DNA from: Octopus vulgaris
Lineage: Eukaryota
Reading direction: 5' to 3'
Assembly (NCBI GenBank): GCA_951406725.2
Contig: OX597836.1
Location: 48,608,001-48,672,000, forward strand
Length of the DNA stretch: 64,000 nt
In this document: piece by piece, positions 39,280-53,022 of the stretch
How the letters are laid out: each line of letters opens with the position of its first letter
How positions within the stretch are numbered: position 1 is the first letter of the stretch
Notes under the pieces: model-generated
Told to the model about the DNA's origin: nothing
What the model saw: the letters and a program-made list of their open reading frames with translations, nothing else
The model's database searches: none
Translations under genes and position numbers: made by a program

Positions 39280-39526
39280 CAGTGCTTCTTAACCATTTTT
39301 TTACCTATGGATTCTCCTTAATTCTTATTTTATTTGGGTGGATCCTCAAAACCATTCAATATTTAAAAAAAACCCTTCACATTTTATATTATTAGGGATT
39401 GTATAAAAAAAATTGTGAAAATATTCTGTCTATTGCAGAATTATAAGCGATTTTTTGCAGATGAATTTTAACAATAGAACCTTCTATGGACCTCTAAGGG
39501 TCATGCGGACCCCGGGAGAACCACTG
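39280..39526. mobile_element. hAT-type MITE (related copy ~51803-52030)
   Basis: CAGTG.TTCT/AGAACCACTG TIRs, degenerate 8-bp TSD ATGAAGTG/ATGTGGTG. Confidence 0.7.
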
Positions 39527-41272
39527 ATGTGGTGTAATGCATGTTATTACAGCAGACTAGGGGTTCTGAGTTCAGTCCTACAGTGTGGCACCTTGGGCAA
39601 ATGTCTTCTATGTTAGTACCTGGTTGACCAAAGTCCCGTGAATGGATGTGGAAGAAGGAAACTAAAAGAAGCCCATCATGTGTGTGTGGGTGTCCGCTCT
39701 TGTCTTGACATTGTGTGATAATTTGTAAATAAGCCTCACTAGCACACAAGCATTTTCTTTCATTTCTAATTTTCCATGGAAACCTAAACCCACCATGAAA
39801 ATGTCTTCCCTTCATCGGAAACAAGAAAAGGTTGGCAACATGAAGGGTGTCCAACCATAGAGAATCTACCTCAAAGAATTTCATCTGACCCATAAAAGCA
39901 TTGAAAAGTGGAAATTAAAATGAGGATGATGAAATATCATCATCATCATCATTATAATATCTGTTTTCCATGCTGGCATGGGTTGGATGGTTTGATCAGA
40001 TCTGGCAAACCAGAGAGCCACAGTCTGTCTTGGCATGGTTTCTACAGCTGGATTCCCTCCCTAATGCTAATCCCCTTTACAGAGTGGCACCAGCACAGGT
40101 GCTTTTTATAAAACCAGATGCACGCACGCACACACACACGCGCGCGCATGCACATACAAACACACACACAGAGTCCTCTCTAAATACACACATATGTATC
40201 ATCCTCACCGTCATTCACTGTCCCATGCTGAAATGCAGTGGGGATCAGATCTCACTCACATGCTCCATTTGTCATCCTTCCTAACAGAGTCCTGGTTCCA
40301 TGTTACAATGGCACCAACACTGGAGAGGTTGTCTTGTCCTTGACAACACCGAAGAGTCCTCTCTACTCCACATTCTCCCCAGTTTGTTCATTTGTACTTG
40401 AAGGTAGTCACAGTAGAGAGAGTGATGAAAGAATGAGAGGGTGATCGAACAGGGAGTAAAGAGAGAGAGAGAGAGACTGATTGTTGTATGAGGGTTGTTG
40501 GTAAGGAGGTTCACTAGAAACAGCATAAGTGATATGAGAGGGGAAGAGTGAGAGGAAGGAGCACTGGAAGAGAGAAAGAGAGCAATGACTGTCAATAAGT
40601 GATGTATGTGTATATGGAACATCATCATCATCATCATCATTTTAATGTCCACTTTTCCATGCTGGCATGAGTCAGAGTTTACTGAGGGCAGATTTTCTCC
40701 AGCCTGATGCCCTTCCTGTCATAAACCCTCACCTGTTTCCAGTCAAAGTAATATTGCTCCCTGGCCAGAGATGTTCTTGCAGAATATTGGAAATGAAGGA
40801 CATTGCCAATATGACAGTGACAATCAGTTACAACTCTTCTATGATGTCAAGACAAGGATGCACACAAGGCTTTGGCTGATCAGGGGCTTTAGTAGAAAAA
40901 CTTGTCCAAGGTACCAATTATGTGGTTGGGAAGCAAACTTCTTAACACAATTTATACACACATTCAGAGGTGTGTGTAAGATCGGTAAATGAGAGTAATC
41001 TGGCAACAGGCAGCCTGGACAGAGACTGCTCAGCAAAATAACTGGACAGACATAACTAATCCAGCAAACTGTAAAATATTTCTTTTTTTAAGTAAAAAAA
41101 AATTTTAAAAAAGGTAAAGACAAAAGTGTATGAAACCTTGAGTTTGAATTTGGGAATTGCAAATTAGTGATGAAAAAGAAATTTGGAAACTTGGATACCA
41201 CTACAGATAGATGTTGAACAAGCCAAAACCTTACCAACATTTGTGGCCAAGCAGCAAAGAAGTTTGGTTTAA

Positions 41273-41493
41273 CCCTTTAGTGTTCGCATTATTCTGCCAA
41301 AATTAATGCTTCTTCATCCACATTGTTTTGAATTAATCATGCATTACCTTGTAGCTTTGAGATTTTGATGAGGTAGCTGTTAATTTTTAAAACGATATTG
41401 TGGGGTTGGTGTGAGAGACCAGATCTGGCCAGTTTGAACATAAAACAGGCAGAATACTTCTGGCCGGATATGGCCGGTTTAAATGCTAAAGGG
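41273..41493. mobile_element. piggyBac-type MITE (older copy 11867-12082)
   Basis: TTAA TSD on both sides, CCCTTTAG/CTAAAGGG TIRs. Confidence 0.85.
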
Positions 41494-44111
41494 TTAAAGA
41501 GCGAAATAATCTCTCGATACCACCATGGAAATTAATGAAGTAGTGGCAACTTAAAGAACCAGTCACTGACTGTTGACATGAGAAGACAAAGGAGGCTGAA
41601 AAAATATTATACAAAGGAACACCATTATCATCTGTTACTGTCATAATAGGAATGGTAACGAATCAAGGCAGGCCGTATAAATTCCAACATGTTCAACACC
41701 TACCAGGTGTTGACATTTCTTCAAGGAGTGAAAAGAACAAATTCGATCTGTAAAGTTTTCTCTTTTTTATGAGAAACAGCTCAAGTACATATGGCACACA
41801 CACACACACACAGATGTGTGTGTATGCTGGCATGGAACATATATATAATATACATACACACACACACAAACTCACATACAGAGATGTGTGTGTATACTGG
41901 CATGGAACATATATATATAATACACACACATATATATGTACATACATATAACAAATTCGATTTTAATATAAATTGTTTTTTATGAGAAACAGCTTGAAAG
42001 ATTGTATACATATATTGCTTTCTCTCTATACAAATATGGGGGTCACACACACACACAGAGGCAATTACATATATATAGCAAATTTGATTTTTATATAATT
42101 CTAACATTTTTGAAAAGCAACAGCCTGAACGAGAGTACATGCATGCTAAACATATACTCTTTCAGTTATAAGCTTTTCATTTTCGAAACCCCACAAATCG
42201 CCACTGACACCTTAAGTACCATTTGCATCATCAGTGCCAAGACGCACACTCTTTGATTAGAAGCTTCTGACATCCAGCTATGAAAAAAAAAAAACTTCTT
42301 GGAGCCATTTCAGACAATGAGATAGAAAACTCGAAAAGTTGTATCCAAGCAATCTTCAGGATTTCTCCATTCAACTTTCATCCCTACCAATTCTTTATGT
42401 ATAAAACATAACAAGAGTTTCAGATGTATAGACAGGCACGCCACATCTGGCATCTCACACCTACCTTGCAATGTCATTCTTAAAACAGACAACCACATCA
42501 TTGATGTCTCAAAGCTACAAGACAAAGTGAGATTAAAACCAAGAGACTAAATAAACATTAGACTCGACAGAGGAATCCGAATGCTAAAAGGGTTTGCGTC
42601 CGCTTTTCATGCTGGCATGGGTTGGACAGTTTGATGGGATCCAGTGAACCCACAGAGCTGCATCATATTCCATGTCAGTTTCAGCATGGTTTCTATGGTT
42701 GGATGCCCTTCCTAATGCCCACCACTTTACAAAGTGTCTACTGAGTGCCTTTTTCATGCCACTGGCACTAGTGGGGCTGCCAGGTAACTTTGCAGGACAA
42801 AGAATAAGAAAGGGGAAACCCCCTGTTAAGTGTTTCAGTTGGTGGAGAGGGACAAGCAGAAGATACATGGCTACCCTGCATTTATAGAAGGGTGGATGGG
42901 AGCATATGGGACGAAGAAAGCCCTTGAGATTCATCCATGTGACTTTTGTATTCCTTGGGGTTTTCTAAAGTTTGAGGATGACAAAAATCGAACATATGAT
43001 AGGTGCCGGTGTGCCAGCAGTGTGGTTTAAGAAGACAGCTTTGCAGCTGACTGGGTTTGTAGGGGTTCAATCTCACAGCATGCACCTTGAGCAAGTATCT
43101 TTTACTGTGGTCCTGGGCCAATCAATGCCTTCAGAATGAATCTGGCGGACAGAAATTTTTGAGAGACTTGTTATTTGCATGTGTGTGTGTGTGTGTTTGT
43201 TCCCCTATAGCTTGATAACCAGTGTTGGTTTATTTATGTCCCTTTAATGTAGCAGGTTGATAAAAAGATCTAATAGATTAAGAACAAGACTTTAAAAAAT
43301 AAATACTGGGGTAACCATTACAAGGCAGTGCTCCAGTATGCCCCCCCCCCCCCGTCCAGTGACTGAAACAAGTGAAAGAGTAAAAGAATGCTTGTTCACA
43401 GGAAAATGGTCGAATAATTAATGCACTTATTGCCTTCCATATCATTGTAAAATTTTTCTTTTCTTTTTTTTTTGTTCCTTAAATACATTTTTCTACATCT
43501 TTCCTTCTTGTGGGTCAGCCACAATCAAATAATCGTTTGTTTATTCCTGAATAATAAAGCTTATTTAGCAAATAAAGAGAGGCCGCAATTACAAACCACA
43601 AATCAACCGAAATAACACACAAATATTTAAAATAAAAAAGTAAAATATTTTTTTTTTATTTGTCTTGCTTCCTTTTCAAACATTTTTTTATTGTTGTTGT
43701 TGTTGTTGGTCGATGGTATTTACTTGAGAAAAGCCAGAGTTGAACACAAACCACAACAAAAGACAACAAACACAACGGGAGAAGTGTTACGGCCTGAAAT
43801 GAGTTGTTATTATCCTCGTTATTATACAATAAAAAAGCAATAAAAAACATAACGAATCAATGAAAGACATGGGAGTAACATGGAAATGGACAGGAACAAA
43901 AACATGAATACACCCATGGCCACCCAGCCACACACTAGAAATGTGGTGCTTAAAACATATCGCAGGCAACATTTGTTTGAAAAATAATTGGCGAAAAGAA
44001 TTGGATGGGGATGGGGGGAGGGGGGGTTAAATAATAAAAAAAGGAGAAACATGCAACAGCTCTTACTGTCTGTCTGTGTGTCTGTCTCTCTCACACACAC
44101 ACATATATATA

Positions 44112-44506
44112 GGCGCAGCAGTGGCTGTGTGGTAAGTAGCTTGCTAACCAACCACATGGTTCCGGGTTCAGTCCCACTGCGCGGCACCTTGGGCAAGTGT
44201 CTTCTGCTATAGCCCCGGGCCAACCAATGCCTTGTGAGTGGATTTGGAAGATGGAAACTGAAAGAAGCCCATCGTATATATATATATATGTGTGTGTGTG
44301 AGTTTGTGTGTCTGTGTTTGTCCCCCTAGCATTGCTTGACAACCGATGCCGGTGTGTTTACGTCCCCATAACTTAGCGGTTCGGCAATAGAGACCGATAG
44401 AATAAGTACTAGGCTTACAAAGAATAAGTCCCGGGGTCGATTTGCTCAACTAAAGGCGGTGCCCCAGCATGGCCGCAGTCAAATGACTGAAACAAGTAAA
44501 AGAGTA
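44112..44506 (+). mobile_element. tRNA-derived SINE family A, full length
   Basis: A box GTGGCTGTGTGG, B box GGTTCAGTCCC, internal TA/TG tract, GTAAAAGA-type tail; many degenerate copies in the window. Confidence 0.9.
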
Positions 44507-44540
44507 TATGGAATGAGAGATATCTCTCACTCTGTGTGCG

Positions 44541-44595
<55 letters not shown>

Positions 44596-44734
44596 CATCA
44601 TCATCATCATCATTTAGCATCTGTTGTCCATGCTGTCATGGGTTGGACGGTTTGACCAGGGCTGGCAAGCTGGAAGGCTGCACCAGACTCCACTCTGATT
44701 TGGCATGGTTTCTACGTGTGTGTGTATGCATATA

Positions 44735-45030
44735 TCAGGTCATCCCATAATTTCTGTCCGAATTTTGAATAAAGAAAACAAGTGATCAAATGTTATATTT
44801 AATTGAAATTTAATCATCAATGTACTTTCCCTGATTATCTATGACTTTCTTCCATCAATTTACAACCTTTTTAATCCCATCAATGCAAAACTCTTTTGGT
44901 TTCAAAGCGAAGAACTCTGGAATGTCAGTTTCGACCTCCTCCTGGCTTGTGAAAGTTATGTCCCCCAAATGACTCTGTAAACTATGAAACAAATGGTAGT
45001 CTGAAGGAGCAAGGTCGGGAGAGGAGCGAG
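44735..45030 (-). mobile_element. Mariner transposase C-terminal remnant with TIR
   Basis: SPDLAPSDYHLFHSLQSHL motif; terminal TCAGGTCATCCCATAA next to TA. Confidence 0.9.
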
Positions 45031-46025
45031 GAGGGTCTTGCTGAAGAGGTAAATACATGGCTTTCCCACCTGGAACGAAAGAGATGTGAGGTCCAGGTAC
45101 AACGTGAATATGGGACAGGAAAGACACATGGCTATATCAATATATATTCCTTTACTCATTTTACCGGTTTCGGTCATGGGACAGTGGCCATGCTGGGGCA
45201 CCTCCTTCAGTTAAACAGGCATTCATAGCCAAGAATGAGAGGCAAAGTTTCATACTCAGAACATAAGGAATTTATGCAAATAATACAAGATAATTTCTCC
45301 AATATGGGGGTTTCTGCCTGGTGGCTTGAATTGCTAGAAAGAGCAGCCAAATTCTCCTCAAATCATACAATGTCATCTTACAAACTAAAAGAAGAAATAG
45401 AGGGTCAGATACAAATGAATGGGGTGGGCAGGGATGGTTGGACAGTTAAACACCAACACCAACATGTATTTTGTGAAACACTTAAACCCTTTTGATGCTA
45501 ACCCACACAAGACTGTTCCTCTTCTACAAATTTCATGTTTTTAAAGAAATCAAAATTAAAATTTTCCACGGAAATTTCAAAGGAATTTATGTTCCAACCA
45601 CTTTGTTTTGTATCTTTCACTTGTTTCAGTCCTTAGTCTGTGACCATGCTGGGGCACCACCTTCGAGGGTTTTAGTCAAATTGACTCTGGTACTTGCTCT
45701 TTTTTAAGCCTGGTACTTATTTTATTGGTCTTTTTTTGTTGACCTGTTAAGTTATAAGGACATAAACAAACTGACACTGGTCGTCAAGCAATGGGGGGGG
45801 GGACAAACACAGACACACAAATACATACATATATATATATGTGAGGGCTTCTTTCAGTTTCCATCTACCAAATCCACTCAAAAGGCTTCGGTTGGCCCAA
45901 GGCTACAATAGAAGACACTTGTCCAAGTTGCCAGGCAGTGGGACTGAACCTGGAATCATATGGTTGGGAAGCAAGCTTCTTACCACACAGCCACGTCTAT
46001 GTCTAGCTTAATAATAATAATAATA

Positions 46026-46815
46026 GAACCTGGCAACGGCTGCAGAAAGGAGACTTAAAAGGGCCCATTGAGGCATCACTCAAGAACAAGCTCTCAGAAC
46101 AAACTACTCCAAATATCACATTGATAAAAGCACTGACCCGCTACAGTGTAGGATTTGCTCTGGGAAGGGAGAAAGTATAAGCCATATTGTTAGTGAGTGC
46201 TGTAAGCTCGCACAACACAAATACAAAAGGAGATACGACAATGTGGCCAGATATGTCCACTGGCTGTTGTGTGGTAAAGCAAACCTCGAGTGAGCCGAAC
46301 AATGGTGTGAACACAAGCCAGAGAGAGTCATGGAAAACAAACATTACAAAATACCCTGGGATTTTAACATGCAGTGCGGCCAAGTCATTGAGGCGAGACG
46401 GCCAGATATCATGATCATCCATATAGATGAAGAAGAAGCATAGATAATAGATGTTGCAATACCAGGCGACTGGAGGGTGAAATGTAGGGAAACAAAAAAG
46501 ATTGAGAAATACCAGCCACTGCAGGATGAGATAGGAAAGTTATGGGGCATGAGGAAAGTAATGGTGATACCAGTTGTAATTGGAGCATTAGGAGCAGTTT
46601 CCAAAGGCTTTGAAGAGCATATTGGAGCTGCTGTCAGGCTGAAAGTGATCCAGAAGAAAGCATTGTTGGGTACGGCTGGCACTCTAAGGAGAGTATTGTC
46701 TCTTTGAGTCACAGGAGAATGCACTACTTGAAACCTTTTGTGATTTGTTATTGCCTGCTTTCAAGTAAAGAATAACTGGTAATTAAGGTTTATCCGAGAG
46801 TCTTTCAGAATGATA
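46026..46815 (+). mobile_element. 5'-truncated R4/Dong-type non-LTR retrotransposon (CCHC knuckle plus restriction-like endonuclease), decayed
   Basis: QEQALRT...CRIC..ESISHIVSEC..RYDNVAR..WDF...RRPDI...IIDVAIP...KKIEKY...VIPVVIGALG with in-frame stops; flanked by (TAA)n. Confidence 0.85.
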
Positions 46816-49800
46816 TAATAATAATAATAATCCTTTCTACTAAAGACACAAGGCCTGAAATTTTGTGAGGAGGCACCTAGTCGATTACATTGACCCTAGT
46901 ATTTCATGGGTACTTATTTTATCGACTACGAAAGGGGTGAAAGGCAAAGTTAACTTTGGTGGAATTTGAATTCAGAGTGTGAAGACAGACAAAATACTGC
47001 TAAGTATTTCGCTCAGTGTACTAAAGATTCTACCAGCTCACTGCCTTCTTAATAATAACAACAACAACAACAATAATCCCTTTCATTATTTTACCATCCA
47101 CTTTTCCATACATGTAAGGATCAGACAGAATTTACTGAGGCAGATTTTCTATGGTTGGGTGCTCTTCCTGTCACCCCCACCTGCATCCAGGAATGGTAAT
47201 ATTTCCCAATGGTCAGAGACATTTTTCATGGAATATTAGAAGTGAATGGTATTTCTTGTATGAACAACGACACTCACTTACAATTACCATGGAAACACAA
47301 ACACACAGACACATGATGGTACACCACTGTAGTTCAAAAGAAATATGAAAACGGTTAAATAATTCTGCCATTCAATGAATGGGGTAGTATACAAATAAAT
47401 GCACACACACATACATACATCATTCTTTAGCGTCCACTTTCCATGCTGGCAAGGGCTAAAAGGGGTTTGACTGGAACTGGTAAACCAGAAAGCTGCACCA
47501 GGTTTCAGTCTGATTTGGAATGGTTTCTTATTTCTTTATTGCCCACAAGGGGCTAAACATAGAGGGGACAAACAAGGAGTGAAAAAAAAGATTAAGTTGA
47601 TTACATCGACCCCTGTGCATAACTGGTACTTAATTTATCAACCTCGAAAGGATGAAAGGCAAAGTCAACCTTGGCAGAATTTGAACATACGGCAGACGAA
47701 ATACCACTAAGCATTTCGCCCGGTGTGCTAAAGCCTCTGCCAGCTCGCTGCCTAATTTGGAATGGTTTCTATGGCTGGATGCCCTTCCTAAAACCAACTG
47801 TTCCAGGAATGTAATGGATACTTTCAAGCGTCACCAGAATGGGTGCTTTTATGTGCCACCAGTTATGTGACACTGGCATCAGCCATGACTATGGTTTCAT
47901 TTGGCTTGATGGATCTTCTCCTCAAGCCCATTGTTTTGGCAAAAGGTCTGGGTCACTGTGAGGCCCATCCTGTGCCAGGGCTGCACAAAAGCACCCAGTC
48001 CACACACTGTAAAATGGTTGGTGTTAGGAAGGGCATCCAGCTGTAGTAACAACCTTGCCAAAACAAACAAACCGAGCCTGGGATTTTGTTGCCATGTGGG
48101 TTCTGGGGGTTGATACCACTGTTTGGTATATTCTACATTTTTTTTCTAAAAGGAATCAGTAAAATTAAAATAAGTATTGGCATCGACAGGAACAAAGAAA
48201 ATCCTTTGGAAGGATTGCCCCAGCATGGTCACAGGTCAATGAATGAGACAAGTAGAAGAGTAAAAGAATAGATAAATAGATGAATGTGTGTGTGTGCACA
48301 TGTGCATGCATGCATGTGTGTGTGTGTGTGTGTGTGTGTGCGCACTCTAAATATGGCAAAAGGAAATTAGCGTAAAACAATCTGAAGGAAACACTCAGAC
48401 AGAGTCCCCGCTTGGTGCCTTGGAAACGAATATGGTTTCAGAAAGAAACAAAAAATATAATTTATTTATATTCCTCATCCTTATGAGACCTCATCTGCAC
48501 TCACCAAGGAGCTCCACCCGGGTCTTTTCTCTGCCACTTAAAAGGTTTAGTTGATCTTATCTCAGTTTGTTCTAGATATTTCTCTCCACCGTTTGCCGTT
48601 TCTCTCGCCTTCTTTGTGTTCTTGCCGTATGGCCAAAAACACTTCAGTTCCTTTTTTTTTTCCCATTTTTTTATAAGAGCAATAATCCTTTTTGCGTTTG
48701 CTCTTTAGTTGCACCAAGATAATCAAAATAACACCTCTCAAGGAATTGGACCAAAATATAAAGTCCAAAAAGGGCAGAAAAGATAAACAGAGAAGAGTTG
48801 TGACCAGACACGCAGATAACATTCCTGTGAAGACACAGCAAGGCTTCTTGGCTGATTGCTAGAAATCTGTGGATCAAAACACTGCTCCACCCTGTGGCTG
48901 CCATTTCTACAGCCAGAGCAAGGACCTCTGTGTTGTGCAGTGCTAACTGGTTTGTCTGGGCCATCTTCACCGAGGCACTCTCATTATTCCACTTTTCTTA
49001 TCAACCTTATTTTGCTCCCACTCTGACCAGGACCCACAATAATGACTCTGTCAAGGACTTCCTCCTCAGAATGGATGCACTCTGAAAAATCTAAGCCACA
49101 TTAATTCCACTAATCCCCTATCGTGAGCAAAAACTATGGGCACGGCCCACTTATCCAAATCATCATTTTACCCTCCACTTTTCCCTGCTTGCAGCAGTCG
49201 GATGGAGTTTATTGAGGCAGGGATTCGATGGCCAGGTGCTCTCCCTGTCACCAACCCTTACTTGTTTCCAAGCAACGTAATATTTCCCTTTGGCCTTGGA
49301 TGTTCTTGCAGAAAACAGGGAAATGAATGACATTCATTTACAACAAATCAAGTGATATGAAGACAAAGAGAAACAGAGAGGGAGAGGGGGAGAGAGAGAA
49401 TCTTAGGGTGGTAGTTTGAGGCAGCTGGGAATGAGGCTGACCCCAGTAAAGTTATTATTATGATTGGTGACTCGGTGGGAGGTGAAGGTTGTTGAGGCCA
49501 GTGGTGGAGGGAAGAGTAGGCAAGAGTATAATAAATATGGCAACAGCTTACACTGTTGCACTGAAGACATTTGGAGATAATTGATCATTTAGATGGCTAA
49601 TGGTTTGACATGTTATGAACATTAATAAATCATTAATGCATGATTATTTACCAATGAGAAGAATATCATATCTCTCAGCTAGCTCTGTGTCATCATCATC
49701 ATCATCATTCAAGGTCAGTTTTCCATGCTGGCATGGGTTGGACAGTCTGATAGGAACTGGCAAGACCAGAGAGCTGGATTGGTCTCAATTTCTGAGTTAA

Positions 49801-50290
49801 TTCATTTAGAATTTTCTCGTCATCAGCGATAAATACGATAAGAAAATAAATGAGATACTTACTTGTACCCATGGAAGAAGTAAACACTAAGTCATGAGTA
49901 CACTTAAGTACCCCAAATATATCCAAAATAGAAATTCCACAGCATGCCTCGAGATACCTCTCACTCTCTCTCTCTCTCTATATATATATACACATATACA
50001 TATATAAATACACACACACATACATGAGGGGTGGTGCTGAAAGGTTCCTGGCTTTGGGTAGAAGAAAATGTAGGAGGCTCAGTGAATTATGATTTTATTC
50101 AACATATTTCTGTCTCAGATTTACACACTTATTGCAGCAGTCCTTGTAAGAGAACTTGGAAGGGTGGGCCTCCAACCAGGCCTTTCATGATACCCTTAGA
50201 GCCAGGAATTTTTCAGCCCCCACCCTCTCATATGTATGTACATATATATTTGTGTGATAATATATACATACGTCTGTCTGTCTCTCTCTT

Positions 50291-50363
<73 letters not shown>

Positions 50364-52769
50364 AGATAAGTAGTAATGAAGTAGTAAGTTATTAAATGTC
50401 AACACAAAATGTTGATACTATTCAAATATGGTAAGAGAGGACAAATGACCAAAGGTGAGAAACAGGTGACATAATTCTATATTCCTTCCTCTCTCTTTCT
50501 TTTCTCCTCTTTTCTTCCATTCTTTTACCTTGTACTTTGACCATTGATCACTGGATTAAACTGAACCAGTGAACGCACCCAGAATGCATAACACCTGAAA
50601 TAGCTGTAATTCTATAATGTACAAATAAATGTATAAAGCCCATTATTCATGCTTTATATATATTTATACCTACTTTGTCCAATGTCCATGTGTTTGGTGC
50701 AGTAAGTTAAATCTGCCATGGTTGAGTGAACGCATCAAGTGACAAGCCCAAATAATCAAAGCTACCTGAATTTTATTTGTCAAATGTGGTGGAGGAAGAT
50801 CACTTGATTAGCCTTAGGAATTCTTGTGCATTATTATCAGGTGACTACATGTTGGCACTAAACATCACACGCTTGAGTGATCATGTCTAATGACGATCCC
50901 AAACAGATATTAATTTGAGCCATGTCCTCTCTTTGAAAACAAGGGAATTTTTGAATTCCAAGAGAGTCGCTGCATGACTCCATGTCTTTCTATCTCAACT
51001 TTTGAAAATTAAAGAAATCTGTGAAACTGCTTCAGTCTTTAAACATTTAAAAATAAAAAATCTGAACAAATCCCAGTGCTTTTTCAACTTCTTTTTTCTA
51101 TATATCTACCTGTGTAGAATAATATATATGTGTGTATATAATAGAAATATGTTAACATCCGGACAGTTGGGTGATACAAGAAAGGGACCAAAATCCGAAA
51201 TTGTGATGCGGCTTTGTACACTGAGGACTTCCCTTTATCATTAAGTTCAGTGCTTATGTGGCTTTGAGTTAGTTTAACTCTTATCTTTAGCAAAAGCGGT
51301 GCTAGTCAGGACCCTTTATTAATTTTGGCCTTTAGGTTCTAATTGCTAATAAGCCCCCCTTTTTAATTTGTTTTACACACACACAGGTAAGTTTTTGTAT
51401 TTCTGTTTTTCCTATGCACACACCACTCAACAGCTGGTTTGTTTACACGACATGAACCTAGCAGTTCAGCAAAAGAGACCAACAGAATAAATACTAGTCT
51501 TAAAAACTGGGGTTGATGTGTTTGACTAAACCCTTCAAGGCAGTGCCCCAGCATGGCCATGACTGAAACAAATCAATAAAGATACGTGCTCATGAAATCT
51601 TAGCAGATACTGATTAATCTGTCCTATAATGGCCCCTGCTCCTCAGAGCTGGTCAGTCTCATCACTCCAATACTTGCACACCTCTTCACCCACACCTCTT
51701 TGCACCTCTTGATGTGTCCAATCCCTTTGGTCCCACACTAGCCATCCTTTCTCTTCCAGCACATCATCCCACTGGAAACTTAACACCTGCAATAATTCAA
51801 ATCTGTGGCTCTCAACCGTTTTTTTCTTTTACCTATGAACCATTTTGATTCCTATCTAACTCCGCCGGACCCCCATAGCCATTCAATGTTTAAAAAATTC
51901 TATATTTTCATATCATTAGGAATTGTATAAAAAAAATTGTTAAAATATTTTGAGTTTTGCAGAATTATAAGCAATTTATTGCAAATAAATTTTAACCACA
52001 AAATCTTATATGGACCCTGGTTGCAACCCTTTGGTTTAAATGGAACATTAATAGTACTAAACAGACCTGTCTTTGAGGTCCTGCAAAGGTCTTGGGCACT
52101 GCCCCTTTCTCCAAACTGAACAAATAAAAAATATATAAAAAAACGAAGGTAGATTTGGTTCTGTGAGAATTATATGGTGCTTTAGAAATGCCCAAAAGTT
52201 AAAGACAACGCATTAACTTCTGAATAGTGTCTGAAAAAATTACCCAACCCCCAACTGAACACTTCCAAGTCCTCACCCTGCCAACCACTATTTCTATGTC
52301 CTATGCCCTAACTCTCACAACACAATCACACCTAATCCCTTCAAAGCACCATTAAATTCTTACTCGAAAATGCAAATATGACCCACCTTCTAAACCCTTA
52401 ATCTAAAACAATACCCAAAGTTAATTCTCACAACCAGACCACCAGCTGTAAAGGCTACCCTAAATACTATTAACAAGGCTTTCTTTGAAAAAAGAAAACA
52501 AAACAAAAAAAAGCTGTCCAATTTTAATCCTATCTGGCAAACTATTAATCTCTAGCAACACAATAGCTTGCGAGGGACGATTAATCCAAGCCCAAGCTCT
52601 CGTCCCTTCCCCGCCAAATCACCGTTCCCCATTCCAAACAACTTCTTGAACTTTAACCCGGAAAAGCTCGCGACATTGATCAAACTTCCTCCGTCACCAG
52701 GTGGAAGTCGTAACCCTAAAATGCCAAACCCCAAACGAACAGAACCCCGAAACACTCATCTGTACTTAC

Positions 52770-53022
52770 CCGCTGATGACAATAAGTCCGTGTACTCGGC
52801 AAGTCTGTGTTTCTCCAACCAAACGGACAGGTCGCTGCCGTCATAAGGATGGTGATAATCATTATGATGGTTGTGATTGTGATGATAATGATTGCTATAC
52901 TGTCCTTGCTGCTGACCATCGTCTCGTTGGTGACCGTCATAAGACTCTACCAACATCTGTTCCAACCATAACGATGTACACAGCACCATCAATAAAAACT
53001 GTCTCTTGTAGCCGTCTGCCAT
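52770..53022 (-). CDS. AREL1: AREL1-like E3 ligase, coding exon 1 (signal peptide, His-rich patch, start of SAM-like repeat 1)
   Basis: ATG-initiated MADGYKRQFLLMVLCTSLWLEQMLVES...HYHHNHNHHNDYHH...DLSVWLEKHRLAEYTDLLSSA-G; donor G|GTAAGT, phase 1, matches exon 2 and continues the SAM-like motif across a 14.8-kb intron. Confidence 0.75.

Noticed and set aside
41704-41747. Possible 44-nt cassette exon in intron 1
   Set aside because: Purine-rich acceptor, lies in a locally repeated segment, and would break the SAM-like motif
42175-42238. CUGAUGA...GAAA on the minus strand
   Set aside because: Stem II does not abut GAAA; no helix III or stem I
42465-42514. AG/GT-bounded exon-like segment
   Set aside because: Part of a decayed piggyBac-type MITE homologous to 11867-12082
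44112-44185. tRNA-like sequence
   Set aside because: SINE head with A/B boxes; no complete cloverleaf and followed by SINE body
48562-49085. Overlapping 63-99 aa ORFs and a plus-strand acceptor in intron 1
   Set aside because: No recognisable homology or consistent exon chain
49805-49835. CUGAUGA-CGA-GAAA on the minus strand
   Set aside because: No stem II and no stem I pairing
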